Of a stretch of 64,000 bases of DNA, positions 49,754 to 64,000 are shown in pieces. A program made the position numbers and the translations under genes. Each line of letters starts with the position of its first letter. The stretch's first letter is position 1. The DNA comes from Eledone cirrhosa (lineage: Eukaryota): contig OZ024743.1 in assembly GCA_964016885.1 (NCBI GenBank), positions 298,716,001 through 298,780,000 on the forward strand, read 5' to 3'. Under the pieces are notes generated by a model. That model was not told the DNA's origin and did not search any database. It was given only the letters and a program-made list of their open reading frames with translations.

Positions 49754-50990
49754 AAGTAAGAGGTTCACCAATGTTCAGTGACAAGAGGATCAGAATAAAA
49801 TGTGCGGTAAATAAATATATACATATACACACAATGGAACTAAACACCCACTGTCACTGTCTCCGTCTCTCTCCATCTCCCCATCTCTCACTATTATGAG
49901 CAAATGGGGGCCCACGCGCCAGCCACCCCGCGGTCCAGGCGGACAGAATAGAGAAGGCGTTTCCCCGGCGGATGGGAGGGAGACGCGGTGGGAGAGCCTT
50001 TCCAGCTCGCGGGGCTCACACTTGCTGGTAGCCAACTCTGTGCCGATGGTGGTGAGTTGGCAGGTGAACCTAGGGCTAAGGACACCAGATCTCCGCTGGT
50101 ACGGGCTTAATGGCAAACCTGTCGACGAACGATCGATATTTGGAGTGTTTACCCTGGGTTAGTCGCAGATAGCACCAGCTTGTTGCTGGAGGAAATATCG
50201 CTGCATGTGGCATCCCAGATGGGGGATTTACCACCGCGGAACGGGAATATAGTTGTTTACAGTTTGAATCAAGTGCTTTGGTCTTTTATGAGATTTATCA
50301 AAATATGAATTTAATTATTATTCAATAGCTAGTTAAACTAGAAGTCTGATTACCTTTTAAATAACAGCTAAATTTAGCTGTTATTTAAAAGGTAATCAGA
50401 CTTCTAGTTTAACTAGCTATTGAATAATAATTAAATTCATATTTTGATAAATCTCATAAAAGACCAAAGCACTTGATTCAAACTGTAAACAACTATATTC
50501 CCGTTCCGCGGTGGTAAATCCCCCATCTGGGATGCCACATGTAGCGATATTTCCTCCAGCAACAAGCTGGTGCTATCTGCGACTAACCCAGGGTAAACAC
50601 TCCAAATATCGGTCGTTCGTCGACAGGTTTACCATTAAGCCCGTACCAGTGGAGATCTGGTGTCCGTAGCCCTAGGTTCACCTGCCAACTCACCACCATC
50701 GGCACAGACTTGGCTACCAACAAGTGTGAGCCCCGTGAGCTGGAAAGGCTCTCCCACCGCGTCTCCCTCCCATCCGCCGGGGAAACGCCTTCTCTATTCT
50801 GTCCGCCTGGACCGCGGGGTGGCCGGCGCTGGGCCCCCATTTGCTCATAATAGTGAGAGATGGGGAGATGGAGAGAGACGGAGACAGTGACAGTGGGTGT
50901 TTAGTTCCATTGTGTGTATATGTATATATTTATTTACCGCACATTTTATTCTGATCCTCTTGTCACAGAACATTCGTAAACCTCTTACTT
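49754..50990. repeat. Spacer-less palindrome, about 618-bp arms, centre 50372/50373
   Basis: Centre ...AACAGCTAAA|TTTAGCTGTT...; arms are reverse complements with scattered substitutions. Confidence 0.95.
50491..50950 (+). mobile_element. CRE-like retrotransposon 3' fragment (RLE domain); mirror copy at about 49795-50255 on the minus strand
   Basis: TIFPFRGGKSPIWDATCSD, KHSKYRSFVDRFTIKPVPVE, EPRELERLSHRVSL..RRGNAFSIL. Confidence 0.8.
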
Positions 50991-51519
50991 GAAAGACAAA
51001 AGCGCTAGATTCAAATTATAAACAGTTTTATTATATTTTTCAATCCAAGGAATAAACAGTATTTTATTACTTCTCATGAAAATTATAGTTCATTTATATA
51101 CACACATAAGACACACGCACACACACACACACACACAGACACAGACACACGCGCGCGCACACATACACACACGCGCGCGCACACATACACAAACACAACG
51201 CGCGTGCACAGACATATATATGTATATATGTATGCGAAAAATATAGGGAAAACAACACAGGAAAAGGACACAGTACAAAGATATATATCAGTTTAACACG
51301 TATTTGTATGTGTGTGTGTGCGTTTTGTGCGCATGGTTTTACTTGTAGGTGCATGAAGGTGCATGCTGTATATATAAATCCATGCACAACCATACATAGA
51401 CATAAAATATCAGAGTATGTATTACTATCTATCTGTCTGCTCGTCTCAATGTCGGTTCTTTGCTTGGCTTATATGACTTTATGCTTGTCGACAAGTTCCA
51501 GAGCATGAAGTTTCCACTC

Positions 51520-52132
51520 TGACCACCACTACCACTATTATGATCACCAACAGCAACAACAGCAAAACCACCACCATCACCACTACCACTAACACCACCA
51601 ACACCATCATCAACACCATTACCACCATCATCAATGCCGCCGCCACCACCAGCGCCAGCAGCATCACGCCACCAACACCACAACCACCATCACAAACTTA
51701 TCATAACCTCCATCACCAACACCACAACCACCACCACCACCACCACCACCAGTACTACCCCCAGTACTACCACCACCACCACCACCACCACCACCACCAC
51801 CACTACCACCACCATCGCAAAGATCACCACCACCACCACCAACACCACCACCACTATCAGCATCACCAATATCAACAGCACCACAGGCACCACCAGCACC
51901 ACCTTCACCACCATTACCACCATCATCAACGCCGCCGCCACCACAAGCAGCAACATAGCCAATGCCACAACCACCACTACCCCCACCACCACCACCATCA
52001 CCAACACTACAACCACCACCGACACCACAACACCACCACGATTACCACTATCAGCAACACTATCACGGCCTCAACTAGCACCAACAGGAACCTCACAACC
52101 AACCACCACCACCACCAAAACGACAACAACCA

Positions 52133-52135
<3 letters not shown>
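51520..52135. repeat. Imperfect (CAC/CAT/CAA)n trinucleotide repeat
   Basis: Read directly. Confidence 0.9.
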
Positions 52136-52168
<33 letters not shown>

Positions 52169-54089
52169 TATGTTTGTGTGTGAGTATAGCCCCCACTTAC
52201 ACAAACATTTCAGACTCACGCTGCTTCTAATGAATGTCAGACAATTCTGTTTTCTGAAAACCCCGGTTCATTGATCTGTGTTCTGTTTCAATATTAAAGA
52301 TAAAAAGGTATTTGAATAGAAACTAGATAATTTATAATGTAAATAAGCTTCAAATGTCCTAAAAGGTACCCCATGACATCAATCTTATTTATTTTCTTAC
52401 AAAGAAACTATACGCTTTTCTTATCTAGAGTAGATAACACTTGTGGAATTAACCATTTAGGAAACAAAAGTAAATTTTTATGTGTTTAACAAATCAGTTA
52501 CAGTCATGTTATGCTAACTCACGAAGTAATTATTTAATAAATTTGTTTATGTAAACAATTATCTGACCTTTAATGTAAGTATTATTTATATGTTTACGCT
52601 AAATCGACTATTCATAATATATTATAGTGAATCATAAGTGCTACCAACATATTATATGTTAAATTAAAGAGATAACCTCTCATTTTGGATGCTTTCAACT
52701 GCGCATGTGTTAAGATGCTATTGTTTTGTAGTCACAAGATGAAAAAAAATGTTGCGTGCTAGATTCGCGGAAGAAAACCGTGCAGGTTAATATCAACAAG
52801 TAACCACCATATGGATGGAACTTAAACCTGTTTATTACGTTTCAATTTCTGTGTTACATATCACGATTTTAATCTAGTCTAGACCACAAATACCATTAAA
52901 TATTTAGAATCCAGAATACACAGACAAATGCGATCCCTGTATCTCGTGCGAAGCAGCTAGTGCAATGACATTGGGTTTAGAATTAAACATCATTAGCCGA
53001 AAGTCATCTCGGTTAGTTATCTTTAGTAGAAAGACACCTGAGAGCGAACTGTCTGTGCCAAGGCAAGCGAGGCAGAGTTTAGAGAAGCCGAAGGACACTC
53101 GTGAGTGAAAATTCGATTAATTCATCTACATTCTAACTTCTACCTAGCAAAAGAAACTAAAAAGAAAACTATTTCTTCTTCTTCTTCTTCTTCTTCTTCT
53201 TCTCTTTCAATTCTTTATAGTCTCACGTACATTATACTTACGTACGGATTTGATTAAATATCCTTGGATACCGTGTTCAGTAATTTTACTGTTAAATTAT
53301 TTTCATATCTTACTGTATAAATAACTAACTACACACACACGCGCGCGCACACGCACACACACACACACACACACACACCCACACCCGCACCCACACCCAC
53401 ACCCACACCCACACCCACACAACAAAAAAAAGGAAAATCTCACTTCATTTCCCACGCAAACAGATGTAATTGTAAGAATTTACCAATTCAACACCACATC
53501 ATCTAGTTGATAATATAACCTTAATTAACTATAAGAAAATGAAACTATATGTATAATTCTAACAGGGCCGGAGTTAGAATATTGGGTTATCACTAGAATA
53601 CCTACAAAAAGCCTTTCTTTCCACATCTGAAAAAAATATTCAATGAACTCACCAAATAGCATCATCTTCAGAACACTGCTCTCGACATCCTATAGGAGAG
53701 CACTAGGTTTTGGTGAGTCATCACGATTCTCATTTAAATCTTTACTTCCTGAATGATCTCACTAACTATGAAGCTAAAATATTTTATAAGGACTACACCT
53801 GGACATTCAGTATGGTGTAACCCTGCTTTTTGAAATGGCCTGAGACATGATCTGAGCCTGGGAAAGGCTGAAAAATGGACAATTTCGTACGTCACAACAT
53901 AACTAAATTCCCGGGGCAGAGATAAGTTTCTCAGCTCCAGTTCATACCTCTGCATCAAATAATCTACATAATTCACTTTGGCTTTGAATTTATTTATAGG
54001 CCAACACGCATGTTTGTAAGGTAACACAACTGATCTAATATGACATTAATACATTAAAAATCATGTATCTGAATTTGTCTTCTAGGGAA

Positions 54090-55730
54090 CGAACAATTTT
54101 CTCTCAGACTGATATTGGATTTGCATTGTCATGTTGGTCTACCTGTTGTTGCATTGGAGTTGGCGATGGCTGAGAAGCTTTTGGCTTTCAGGTTTAACAC
54201 TTAATACCTATCCCGAAAAGATTTTAGATACTTCTCTACGCAATCAGTTAAATCAATCATCCTACTTAGGTCAATTTCTAATCCTCGAACATCTTAGTGC
54301 TGTTGAATTTTACACAAATTAAATTCCAGATCTTGGCTATGAGAGCAATTTCTACACACTACATTTCATCTGCCAATTCCTGTGCTTCATATGTTTTTCA
54401 GGTGTTTGTTCCAAGCCACTTTCAATATCTGGGAGTGTATTTTAAATGTACCCACACCCATCTACGAGGGCTTCAGCTCTTGCTGACCAATATGTGTCTG
54501 ACATATACTTCACAATTATTGTTCTTTTCATACCTTCCAAAGACTTCATTAGATTTATTCATCTGCTTGTTGATGGGGTAAAACTAGGTGTAAAACTAGG
54601 TGTAAAACAGGTGTAAAACTATGTATGAAGTCAAAATAATTGATAGCTTCATTACAGCATGAGGCACTAATCTGTTCAACTAGATTCAATGAGTTAGCCT
54701 TAGTCTGGATTGTATTCTTGTGTAGTAACTCTAAATATCACTGGCAATCTCATAAAAACTATAGCTAATACTTCAGCCTTGTTTGAGTCAGCCTCCAAGA
54801 AAGTCAAATACTTTTCTACATCACACAAAAATTATAAACTGATCCTCATGAGCCAAGTAGTCTGTGAAATCAACTGAAATAGATATTTTTGCCATTAAAT
54901 GTTGCTGGTGAGTCACACAATGGTCTGTTAAACAAGATAGGAAAGTTCAATTTTAAGAGATAAGAGAAATCTCCGTATCTACCTACCACAGCAGGCGTTC
55001 CTTCAGATGCACAGGCAACAATATTGTTTAATAGGATGTTATCTTCATAAAAATTAGCTTAAATAAATCTAAAATAGACGTAACCTCTGAGCCAAGCAAC
55101 AATTGATCAGTCAACAGCATCTCCCATGGTAGAATATTTTCAGTAAAAAAACCGAACATTCACCATCATCAAGTATTGACTTTCCACAACTGCTGATTCG
55201 TTAACTTTGATAGAATATTCATAACTCCGGAGATTATAGATTAGTTGATGTTTGATATCGAGAAATAATGTTATTATTAAGTGTAATTGTCTTGATTATT
55301 GTATCAGATCTTTTATGCACCACAGTCGAGAGAGCGTCCTGAATAAAAGGTCAAAGTAATGTTTCTCATATAGTGTGGAACTTACTAACTTTTGTGACCA
55401 GTAATGCAATGTTATTCGACACAATCATCCCGTTATTTCGAGATCAACGTTTTTGGCTTTTCCAATGAGTTCTTAAGTTATAAGAAATATGACAATAGCT
55501 TTTCCTTAAAAGGCTTCATAGCTTAGTGGCTTAAAGTTTGGTTGCATGTACGACACATACGTAATTGACTGCTTTAATGAGAAACGATAAACCCAATGCT
55601 GCATTCACGACAATTTTCTTTACCATGAAGACATTAAGAAAATAGCAGGAACAATAGATAACTATATTTTCGTTCAACAAGTTATATTTTTAGTCAAAGT
55701 CAGTATTCAATAATCCATAAATACTATAAC
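54090..55730 (-). pseudogene. hAT (Buster/Charlie-type) transposase relic
   Basis: NILLNNIVACASEGTPAVVGRY at about 54975-55040 (minus), IIKTITLNNN near 55265-55300; many stops. Confidence 0.68.
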
Positions 55731-56232
55731 ACAAGAGCGTTGCAATCATTTGGCGAGCAATACATACAATCCAACAATTTAAAGTGGGTGTTTATTTGAG
55801 CATGCGCTTTGAGCTGTGAACAGGTCCTATCATGGGATTCTCATATTGTTTCTGCCAATGCCATCCGCGGCTCCTTGTCTACAGCATATCATCAGAGTTC
55901 TTAAAGGTCGTCGCCTGTGTCTCAAATTTCTGTGAGACATTTCGGTACTGACCACATTGGCGAATCTATCCTGAGATCTTCTTCGTCCACTTATTCCTGA
56001 GCGGATCTTTGGGGAGGAGTCCTCTGAGATCGCTTCTTTATTTTACTTGCACCATCATAGTTGTTCTTGGTCGTCCGTTATCTGATTTATATCCTCCAAA
56101 ATGTTATTTCGTCCGGAGAACTATTTGAATATTAATGACCCTTCTCAAAATGTTCATTGTTTATGGACCTTTTTATATGTTATTGCCGACCGGTGGGCGA
56201 TATCACTCAGGTTGGGAAACCTTGATCTAGAC

Positions 56233-56509
56233 CGGGCATGGGCAATCTTTTTCGAGAATCGGGCCGCATGAGATATGGCTCATCATCAGACGGGCTGCAA
56301 GCGCTAATTTACATTCGCGCCCACACTAAACAAAGGGCGGGAACTCAGGTTGTTTTGATTCGTTTCTTCAAAATTCGTACACGTTGTTTTCCTCGATTGT
56401 AAAAATGATAGAAAGATAAATTACGACTGAAAATTTGGGGTAAAAGAAATAGAAAGATTTCACTTAGGTGACTTAGGCGAGCCATTAGGCCGCAGGTTGC
56501 CCATGGCTG
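56233..56509. mobile_element. hAT/Charlie-type MITE with 8-bp TSD ATCTAGAC
   Basis: TIRs CGGGCATGGGCAA / TTGCCCATGGCTG; TSD at 56225-56232 and 56510-56517. Confidence 0.88.
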
Positions 56510-58519
56510 ATCTAGACGTTCGTAAACATTTGTTAGTCGTTATAACCGTTTAAGAACTGCTGGAATAAACATATTTAGATTGATCTTTAGAGACTGCACA
56601 AGTTGATTACCAGAATACAATACATATGTTTTATTTGTGTATTCTAAAATGTATTGGCATTGGACTGAGTCCTTTTCAATTAATACAATATTCCTATTGT
56701 ATTTTGTAATGTTGCAATGAATGAATGGTTTGGGGGATGAAGTTCCACCAGTTTGTAAACTCTGAAATATTGGTTACTTCTGGGCTTATATCATCTGTAC
56801 ATGACTGAGGGAAGTGTGTACGAACACAAATGAAACATTTATTTTAATTTTAAATGTGTGTGGCTAAAATAATTATGATATGATAATTACTAGGTCATAT
56901 ACAAAGATAACATCTATATGCACAAATTATCGTGGATAAAACGTGAGAGCTGAATTACGTTTCCAATCACCCAATAATAAATTATTGCTTGCCGGATGAA
57001 CCTGTTACAAGCTGCTAGAAAATAACTTGTTTGTTGATTATGTTGTGATACATGTGGAACACTATGTGTAACGGATATCTGGTAAAAACGAAACGAACAA
57101 AAGAATGATTGGCATATACATGCAGCGGTAATGAAATGATTGTGTATTGGCATTGAAAGCATGAAGCATCGAAGGAAGGAAAAACACACCATATACGTTG
57201 TAAACATTTATCACTTCAATTAATAAAGATAATTGCTTAGAATCACAACGATGGCGATGAGTGATTTTCCAGAGTGTTCATACAAACTGCACGTGGCAAA
57301 TAACAACACACAGGAATGTTACAAGTTTAGAACGACAAACAATAATTATAAGAATGAAAAGGAGTATTTGATTGATGTGTTTAAATGTAGTCTAATTTTT
57401 TTTAGGTAATTTGAATACGTGTGCAGAGATGTGGCTTGAGAAGCCATATCAACTTGATATCTGGCAGACTTACTAACCTGGATGCTATAGCCTGGCTATA
57501 GTAGTGCTTTATTGACTAGTAACTGCTACAGCCGGACGTCGACTGTCAAGTGTCTCAGAGACCAGTAGTATGAGAAGATGGCGAAGCTATGTTGAGTTGG
57601 GTGTAATGTGATGATTGCAGTACACACTAAAATAGAAAAATACATTACTTCGAGCCATTATCAAGGAATCAATGACTGTTTAATGTAAATATCTTTAAAA
57701 CGTTTAGTTTTTGTTTTCATCTCAAGGATATTTTGGAGGTTCTGGAGTATCTAAAGGCGTTAACATATATAGAGATGATGAGTTAAGTATTACTGGTTTG
57801 AGAAATTCAAAAATATATATTTGAACTTATGCGAGAAGGGAGAGTAACGAAGGAATGCTAAACATATTTGGTACAGTTGTGGTTTGTACACTAAACAAAG
57901 TATCTTATTTCAGTTGGAAAACACCAATAGAGGAGTTAAAAATGAATTGACAATGGAATTTCAAAGCATCATAGAATTGACGCCTACTTGTTTACGGCAC
58001 TGTGATCGTATGAGAATCAAACTATTGATAGTGTAGAAGTTCAGTGTATAATGATATATCGATATATTTCAGACACATATACTACATATATTAGGGTTAG
58101 TTATTTGGTCGAGAAAGGAAGAGGTAAAGACAAAAACGTAGGGATTTATCTGAGAAATTCAAAGAATCAAACAATATAGACTTAAAAAAATAACCATGAT
58201 AAACACACAGAGACACACACAAACACACACACTTACATACACACATATAAACACAGAGATACACACACATAGAAATAGAGATAAACACACACAGACACAC
58301 ACAAATACGCGTGAACACGCCTCCGTTCTCTGGGAGAAATGTATTCTCCATTCTGTCGATTGGGGCCCAGAGGCGGAGGGTATGTTAGTTGGTAGTGGAG
58401 GATACTCGTTTGAACATCACTTTCTCTCATATTTTAAAAATAAAGTATCTAATTCGACAGAGAAATAAAGACATTTACGAACAGAACAAAATATAATAAC
58501 ATCATCGATAACGACAGTT

Positions 58520-61500
58520 ACAACAACAACACCTTCAACAGCAACAGACCACAACACTAACATCCTCTATATCAACTAAAGACAATACCAGCAATAGTAA
58601 TAACCACAACAACACATTCAACAGCAACATACCAAAACACTAACATGCTCTATAACAACTAACATCCTCTATAACAACTAAAGACAATAGCAGCTATAGT
58701 AATAACCACAACAACACCTTCAACAGCAACATATCACACCACTAAAATCCTCTATGAACACTAAAGACAATACCGGCAATAGTAATAACCACAACAACAC
58801 CTTCAACAGCAACAGACCACAACCCTAACATCCTCTATAAAAACTAAAGACAATAGCAGCAATAGTAATAACCACAACAACACCTTCAACAGCAACAGAC
58901 CACAACACTAACATCCTCTATAACAACTAAAGACAATAGCAGCAATAGTAATAACCACAACAACACCTTCAATAGCAACAGACCACACCACTAACATCCT
59001 CTATAACAATTAAAGACAATAGCAGCAATAGTAATAACCACGACAACACCTTCAACAGCAACACACCACACCACTAACATCCTCTATAACAACTAAAGAC
59101 AATAGCAGCAATAGTAATAACCACAACAACACATTCAACAGCAACAGACCACAACACTAACATCCTCTATAACAACTAGAGACAATAGCAGCAATAGGTA
59201 TAAACATAGCAACACCTTCAACAGCAACAGACCACAACACTAATATCCTCTACAACAACTAAAGACAATAGCAGCAATAGTAATAACCACAACAACACCT
59301 TCAACAGCAACATACCACAACACTAACATCCAATATAACAACTAAAAACAATAGCAGCAATAGTAATAACTACAACAACACTTTCAACAGCAACAGACCA
59401 CAAAACTAACATCCTCTACAACAACTAAAGACAATACCAGCAATAGTAATAACCACAACACCTTCAACAGCAACATACCACAACAATAACATCCTCTATA
59501 ACAACTAAAGGCAATACCAGCAATAGTAATAACCACAACAACACCTTCAACAGCAACATACGACAACACTAACATCCTCTATATCAACTAAAGACAATAC
59601 TAGCAATAGTAATAGCCACAACAACACATTCAACAGCAACATACCACACCACTAACATACTCTATAACAACTAAAGACAATAGCAGCAATAGTAATAACC
59701 ACAACAACACCTTCAACAGCAACAGACCACACCACTAACATCCTCTATAACAAATAAAGACAATAGCAGCAATAGTAATAACCACAACAACACCTTCAAC
59801 AGCAACAGACCACAACACTAAAATCGTCTATAACAACTAAAGACAATAGCAGCAATAGTAATAACCACAACAACACCTTCAACAGCAACAGACCACAACA
59901 CTAACATCCTCTATAACAACTAAAGACAATGCCGGCAATAGTAATGACCACAACAACACATTCAACAGCAACATACCACACCACTAATATCCTCTATAAC
60001 AACTAAAGACAATATCAGCAATAGTAATAACCACAACAACACCTTCAATAGCAACATACCACAACACTAACATCCTCTATAACAACTAAAGACAATAGCA
60101 GCCATAGTAATAACCACAACAACACCTTCAACACCAACAGACCACAACACTAACATCCTCTATGACAACTAAAGACAATAGCAGCAATAGTAATAATCAC
60201 AACAACACCTTCAACAGCAACAGACCACAACACTAACTTACTCTACAACAACTAAAGACAATAGCAGCAATGGTAATAACCACAACAACACCTTCAACAG
60301 CAACATACCACAACACTAACATCCTCTATAACAACTAAAGTCAATAGCAGCAATAGTAATAACCACAACAACACCTTCAACACCAACAGACCACAACACT
60401 AACATCCGCTATGACAACTAAAGACAATAGCAGCAATAGTAATAACGACAACAACACCTTCAACAGCAACAGACCACAACACTAACATCCTCTACAACAA
60501 CTAAAGACAATAGCAGCAATAGTAATAACCACAACAACACCTTCAACAGCAACATACCACAACACTAACATCCTCTACAACAACTAAAGACAAAAGCAGC
60601 AATAGTAATAACCACAACAACACCTTCAACAGCAACAGACCACAACACTAACATCCTCTATAACAACTAAAGTCAATAGCAGCAATAGTAATAACCACAA
60701 CAACACCTTCAACAGCAACATACCACAACACTAACATCCTCTATAAAAACTAAAGACAATAGCAGCGATAGTAATAACCACAACAACACCTTCAACAGCA
60801 ACATACCACAACACTAACATCCTCTATAACAACTAAAGACAATAGCAGCAATAGTAATAACCACAACAACACATTCAACAGCAACATACCACACCACTAA
60901 CATCCTCTATAACAACTAAAGACAATACCGGCAATAGTAATAACCACAACAACACCTTCAACAGCAACAGACCACAAAACTAACATCCACTATATCAACT
61001 AAAGAAAAGAGCAGCAATAGTAATAACCACAACAACACCTTCAACAGCAACAGACGACAACACTAACATCCACTATATCAACTAAAGACAATAGCAGCAA
61101 TAGTAATATCCACAACAACACCTTCAACAGCAACAGACCACAACACTAACATCCTCTATAACAACTAAAGACAATAGCAGCAATAGTAATAACCACAACA
61201 ACACCTTCAACAGCAACAGACCACACCACTAACATCCTCCATAACAAGTAACGACAATAGCAGCAATAGTAATAACCACAACAACACCTTCAACAGCAAC
61301 AGACCACAAAACTAACATCCTTTATAACAACTAAAGACAATAGCAGCAATAGTAATAACCACAACAACACCTTCAACAGCAACATACCACAACACTAACA
61401 TCATCCATAACAACTAAAGACAATAGCAGCAATAGTAATAACCACAACAACACCTTCAACAGCAACATACCACACCACTAACATCCTCTATAACAACTAA

Positions 61501-64000
61501 AGACAATAGCAGCAATAGTAATAACCACAACAACACATTCAACAGCAACATACCACACCACTAACATCCTCTATAACAACTAAAGACAATAGCAGCAATA
61601 GTAATAACCACAACGACACCTTCACCAGCAACAGACCACAACACTAACATCCACTATATCAACTAAAGACAATAGCAGCAATAGTAATAACCACAACAAC
61701 ACCTTCAACAGCAACAGACCACAACACTAACATCCTCTATAACAAATAAAGACAATAGCAGCAATAGTAATAACCACAACACCTTCAACAGCAACAGACC
61801 ACAACACTAACTTCCTCTATAACAACTAAAGACAATAGCAGCAATAGTAATAACCACAACAACACCTTCAACAGCAACATACCACACCACTAACATCTTC
61901 TATAACAACTAAAGACAATACCAGCAATAGTAATAACCACAACAACACCTTCAACAGCAACATACCACACCACTAACATCCTCTATAACAACTAAAGACA
62001 ATAGCAGCAATAGTAATAACCACAACAACACATTCAACAGCAACATACCACACCACTAACATCCTCTATAACAACTAAAGACAATACCTGCAATAGTAAT
62101 AACCACAACAACACCTTCAACAGCAACAGACCACAAAACTAACATCCACTATATCAACTAAAGAAAAGAGCAGCAATAGTAATAACCACAACAACACCTT
62201 CAACAGCAACAGACGACAACACAAACATCCACTATATCAACTAAAGACAATAGCAGCAATAGTAATATCCACAACAACACCTTCAACAGCAACATACCAC
62301 ACCACTAACATCCTCTATAACAACTAAAGACAATAGCAGCAATAGTAATAACCACAACAACACATTCAACAGCAACATACCACACCACTAACATCCTCTA
62401 TAACAACTAAAGACAATAGCAGCAATAGTAATAACCACAACGACACCTTCACCAGCAACAGACCACAACACTAACATCCACTATATCAACTAAAGACAAT
62501 AGCAGCAATAGTAATAACCACAACAACACCTTCAACAGCAACAGACCACAACACTAACATCCTCTATAACAACTAAAGACAATAGCAGCAATAGTAATAA
62601 CCACAACAACACCTTCAACAGCAACAGACCACACCACTAACATCCTCTATAACAAATAAAGACAATAGCAGCAATAGTAATAACCACAACACCTTCAACA
62701 GCAACAGACCACAACACTAACTTCCTCTATAACAACTAAAGACAATAGCAGCAATAGTAATAACCACAACAACACCTTCAACAGCAACATACCACACCAC
62801 TAACATCTTCTATAACAACTAAAGACAATACCAGCAATAGTAATAACCACAACAACACCTTCAACAGCAACATACCACACCACTAACATCCTCTATAACA
62901 ACTAAAGACAATACCGGCAATAGTAATAACCACAACAACACCTTCAACAGCAACAGACCACAACACTAACATCCTCTATAACAACTAAAGACAATAGCAG
63001 CAATAGTAATAGCCACAACAACACATTCAACAGCAACATACCACAACACTAACATCGACTATAACAACTAAAGACAATACCAGCAATAGTAATAACCACA
63101 ACAACACCTTCAACAGCAACATACGACACCACTAACATCCTCTATAACAACTAAAGACAATACCGGCAATAGTAATAACCACAACAACACCTTCAACAGC
63201 AACATACCACAACACTAACATCCTCTACAACAACTAAAGACAATACCGGCAATAGTAATAACCACAACAACACCTTCAACAGCAACAGACCACAACACTA
63301 ACATCCTCTACAACTAAAGACAATAGCAGCAATAGTAATAACCACAACAACACCTTCAACAGCAACAGACCACAACACTAACATCCTCTACAACAACTAA
63401 AGACGATAGCAGCAATAGTAATAACCACAACAACACCTTCAACAGCAACATACCACAACACTAACATCCTCTACAACAACTAAAGACAATAGCAGCAATA
63501 GTAATAACCACAACAACACCTTCAACAGCAACATACCACACCACTAACATCTTCTATAACAACTAAAGACAATACCAGCAATAGTAATAACCACAACAAC
63601 ACCTTCAACAGCAACATACCACACCACTAACATCCTCTATAACAACTAAAGACAATACCGGCAATAGTAATAACCACAACAACACCTTCAAAAGCAACAG
63701 ACCACAACACTAACATCCTCTATAACAACTAAAGACAATAGCAGCAATAGTAATAGCCACAACAACACATTCAACAGCAACATACCACAACACTAACATC
63801 GACTATAACAACTAAAGACAATACCAGCAATAGTAATAACCACAACAACACCTTCAACAGCAACATACGACACCACTAACATCCTCTATAACAACTAAAG
63901 ACAATACCGGCAATAGTAATAACCACAACAACACCTTCAACAGCAACATACCACAACACTAACATCCTCTACAACAACTAAAGACAATACCGGCAATAGT
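58520..64000. repeat. 83-bp tandem satellite, about 66 copies, continuing past the window end
   Basis: Unit AACAACTAAAGACAATAGCAGCAATAGTAATAACCACAACAACACCTTCAACAGCAACAGACCACAACACTAACATCCTCTAT; period 83 (e.g. 58844 to 58927). Confidence 0.97.

Noticed and set aside
51540-52274. His-rich 244-aa and Thr-rich 198-aa ORFs
   Set aside because: Open frames arise from a stop-free (CAC)n-type repeat that runs into (CA)n/(TA)n; no splice or domain evidence.
56540-57850. Possible CR1 and RTE relic fragments
   Set aside because: Motifs too degenerate to assign by eye.
58520-64000. CRISPR-like array or repetitive protein gene
   Set aside because: No unique spacers, no cas genes, eukaryotic context; the 83-bp period breaks frame and TAA stops are frequent.

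Overview
Repeat-saturated, AT-rich animal DNA with no confidently identifiable host gene. The Nin/Deu-domain tRNA-SINEs and dense (TA)n/(CA)n tracts suggest a cephalopod such as Octopus (inference). Main contents: a decayed near-full-length L1/Tx1 LINE (1-5.8 kb, minus); two young Penelope-like (PLE, RT + GIY-YIG) insertions (15.5-19.4 kb and 26.1-34.0 kb), each built from two tail-out cDNAs anchored in (TA)n; older PLE, R4/Dong, RTE, CR1, CRE, Tc1/mariner and hAT relics; MITEs; SINEs; several hammerhead ribozyme motifs; a 35-nt U2 snRNA fragment; a spacer-less 1.24-kb palindrome; and an 83-bp satellite from 58.5 kb to the window end. Most notable: the complete PLE at 28.2-34.0 kb has two ORFs. 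A 400-aa upstream ORF joins the RT/GIY-YIG ORF through an in-phase U_UUU_UUA -1 slippery site, and this arrangement is echoed in a diverged relic at 36.7-37.9 kb. Its pLTRs carry a minimal hammerhead with a U3:A8 core. Many small fold-back inserts in (TA)n look like miniature versions of the same insertion mechanism. All calls come from reading the sequence by eye; no searches or folding were run.
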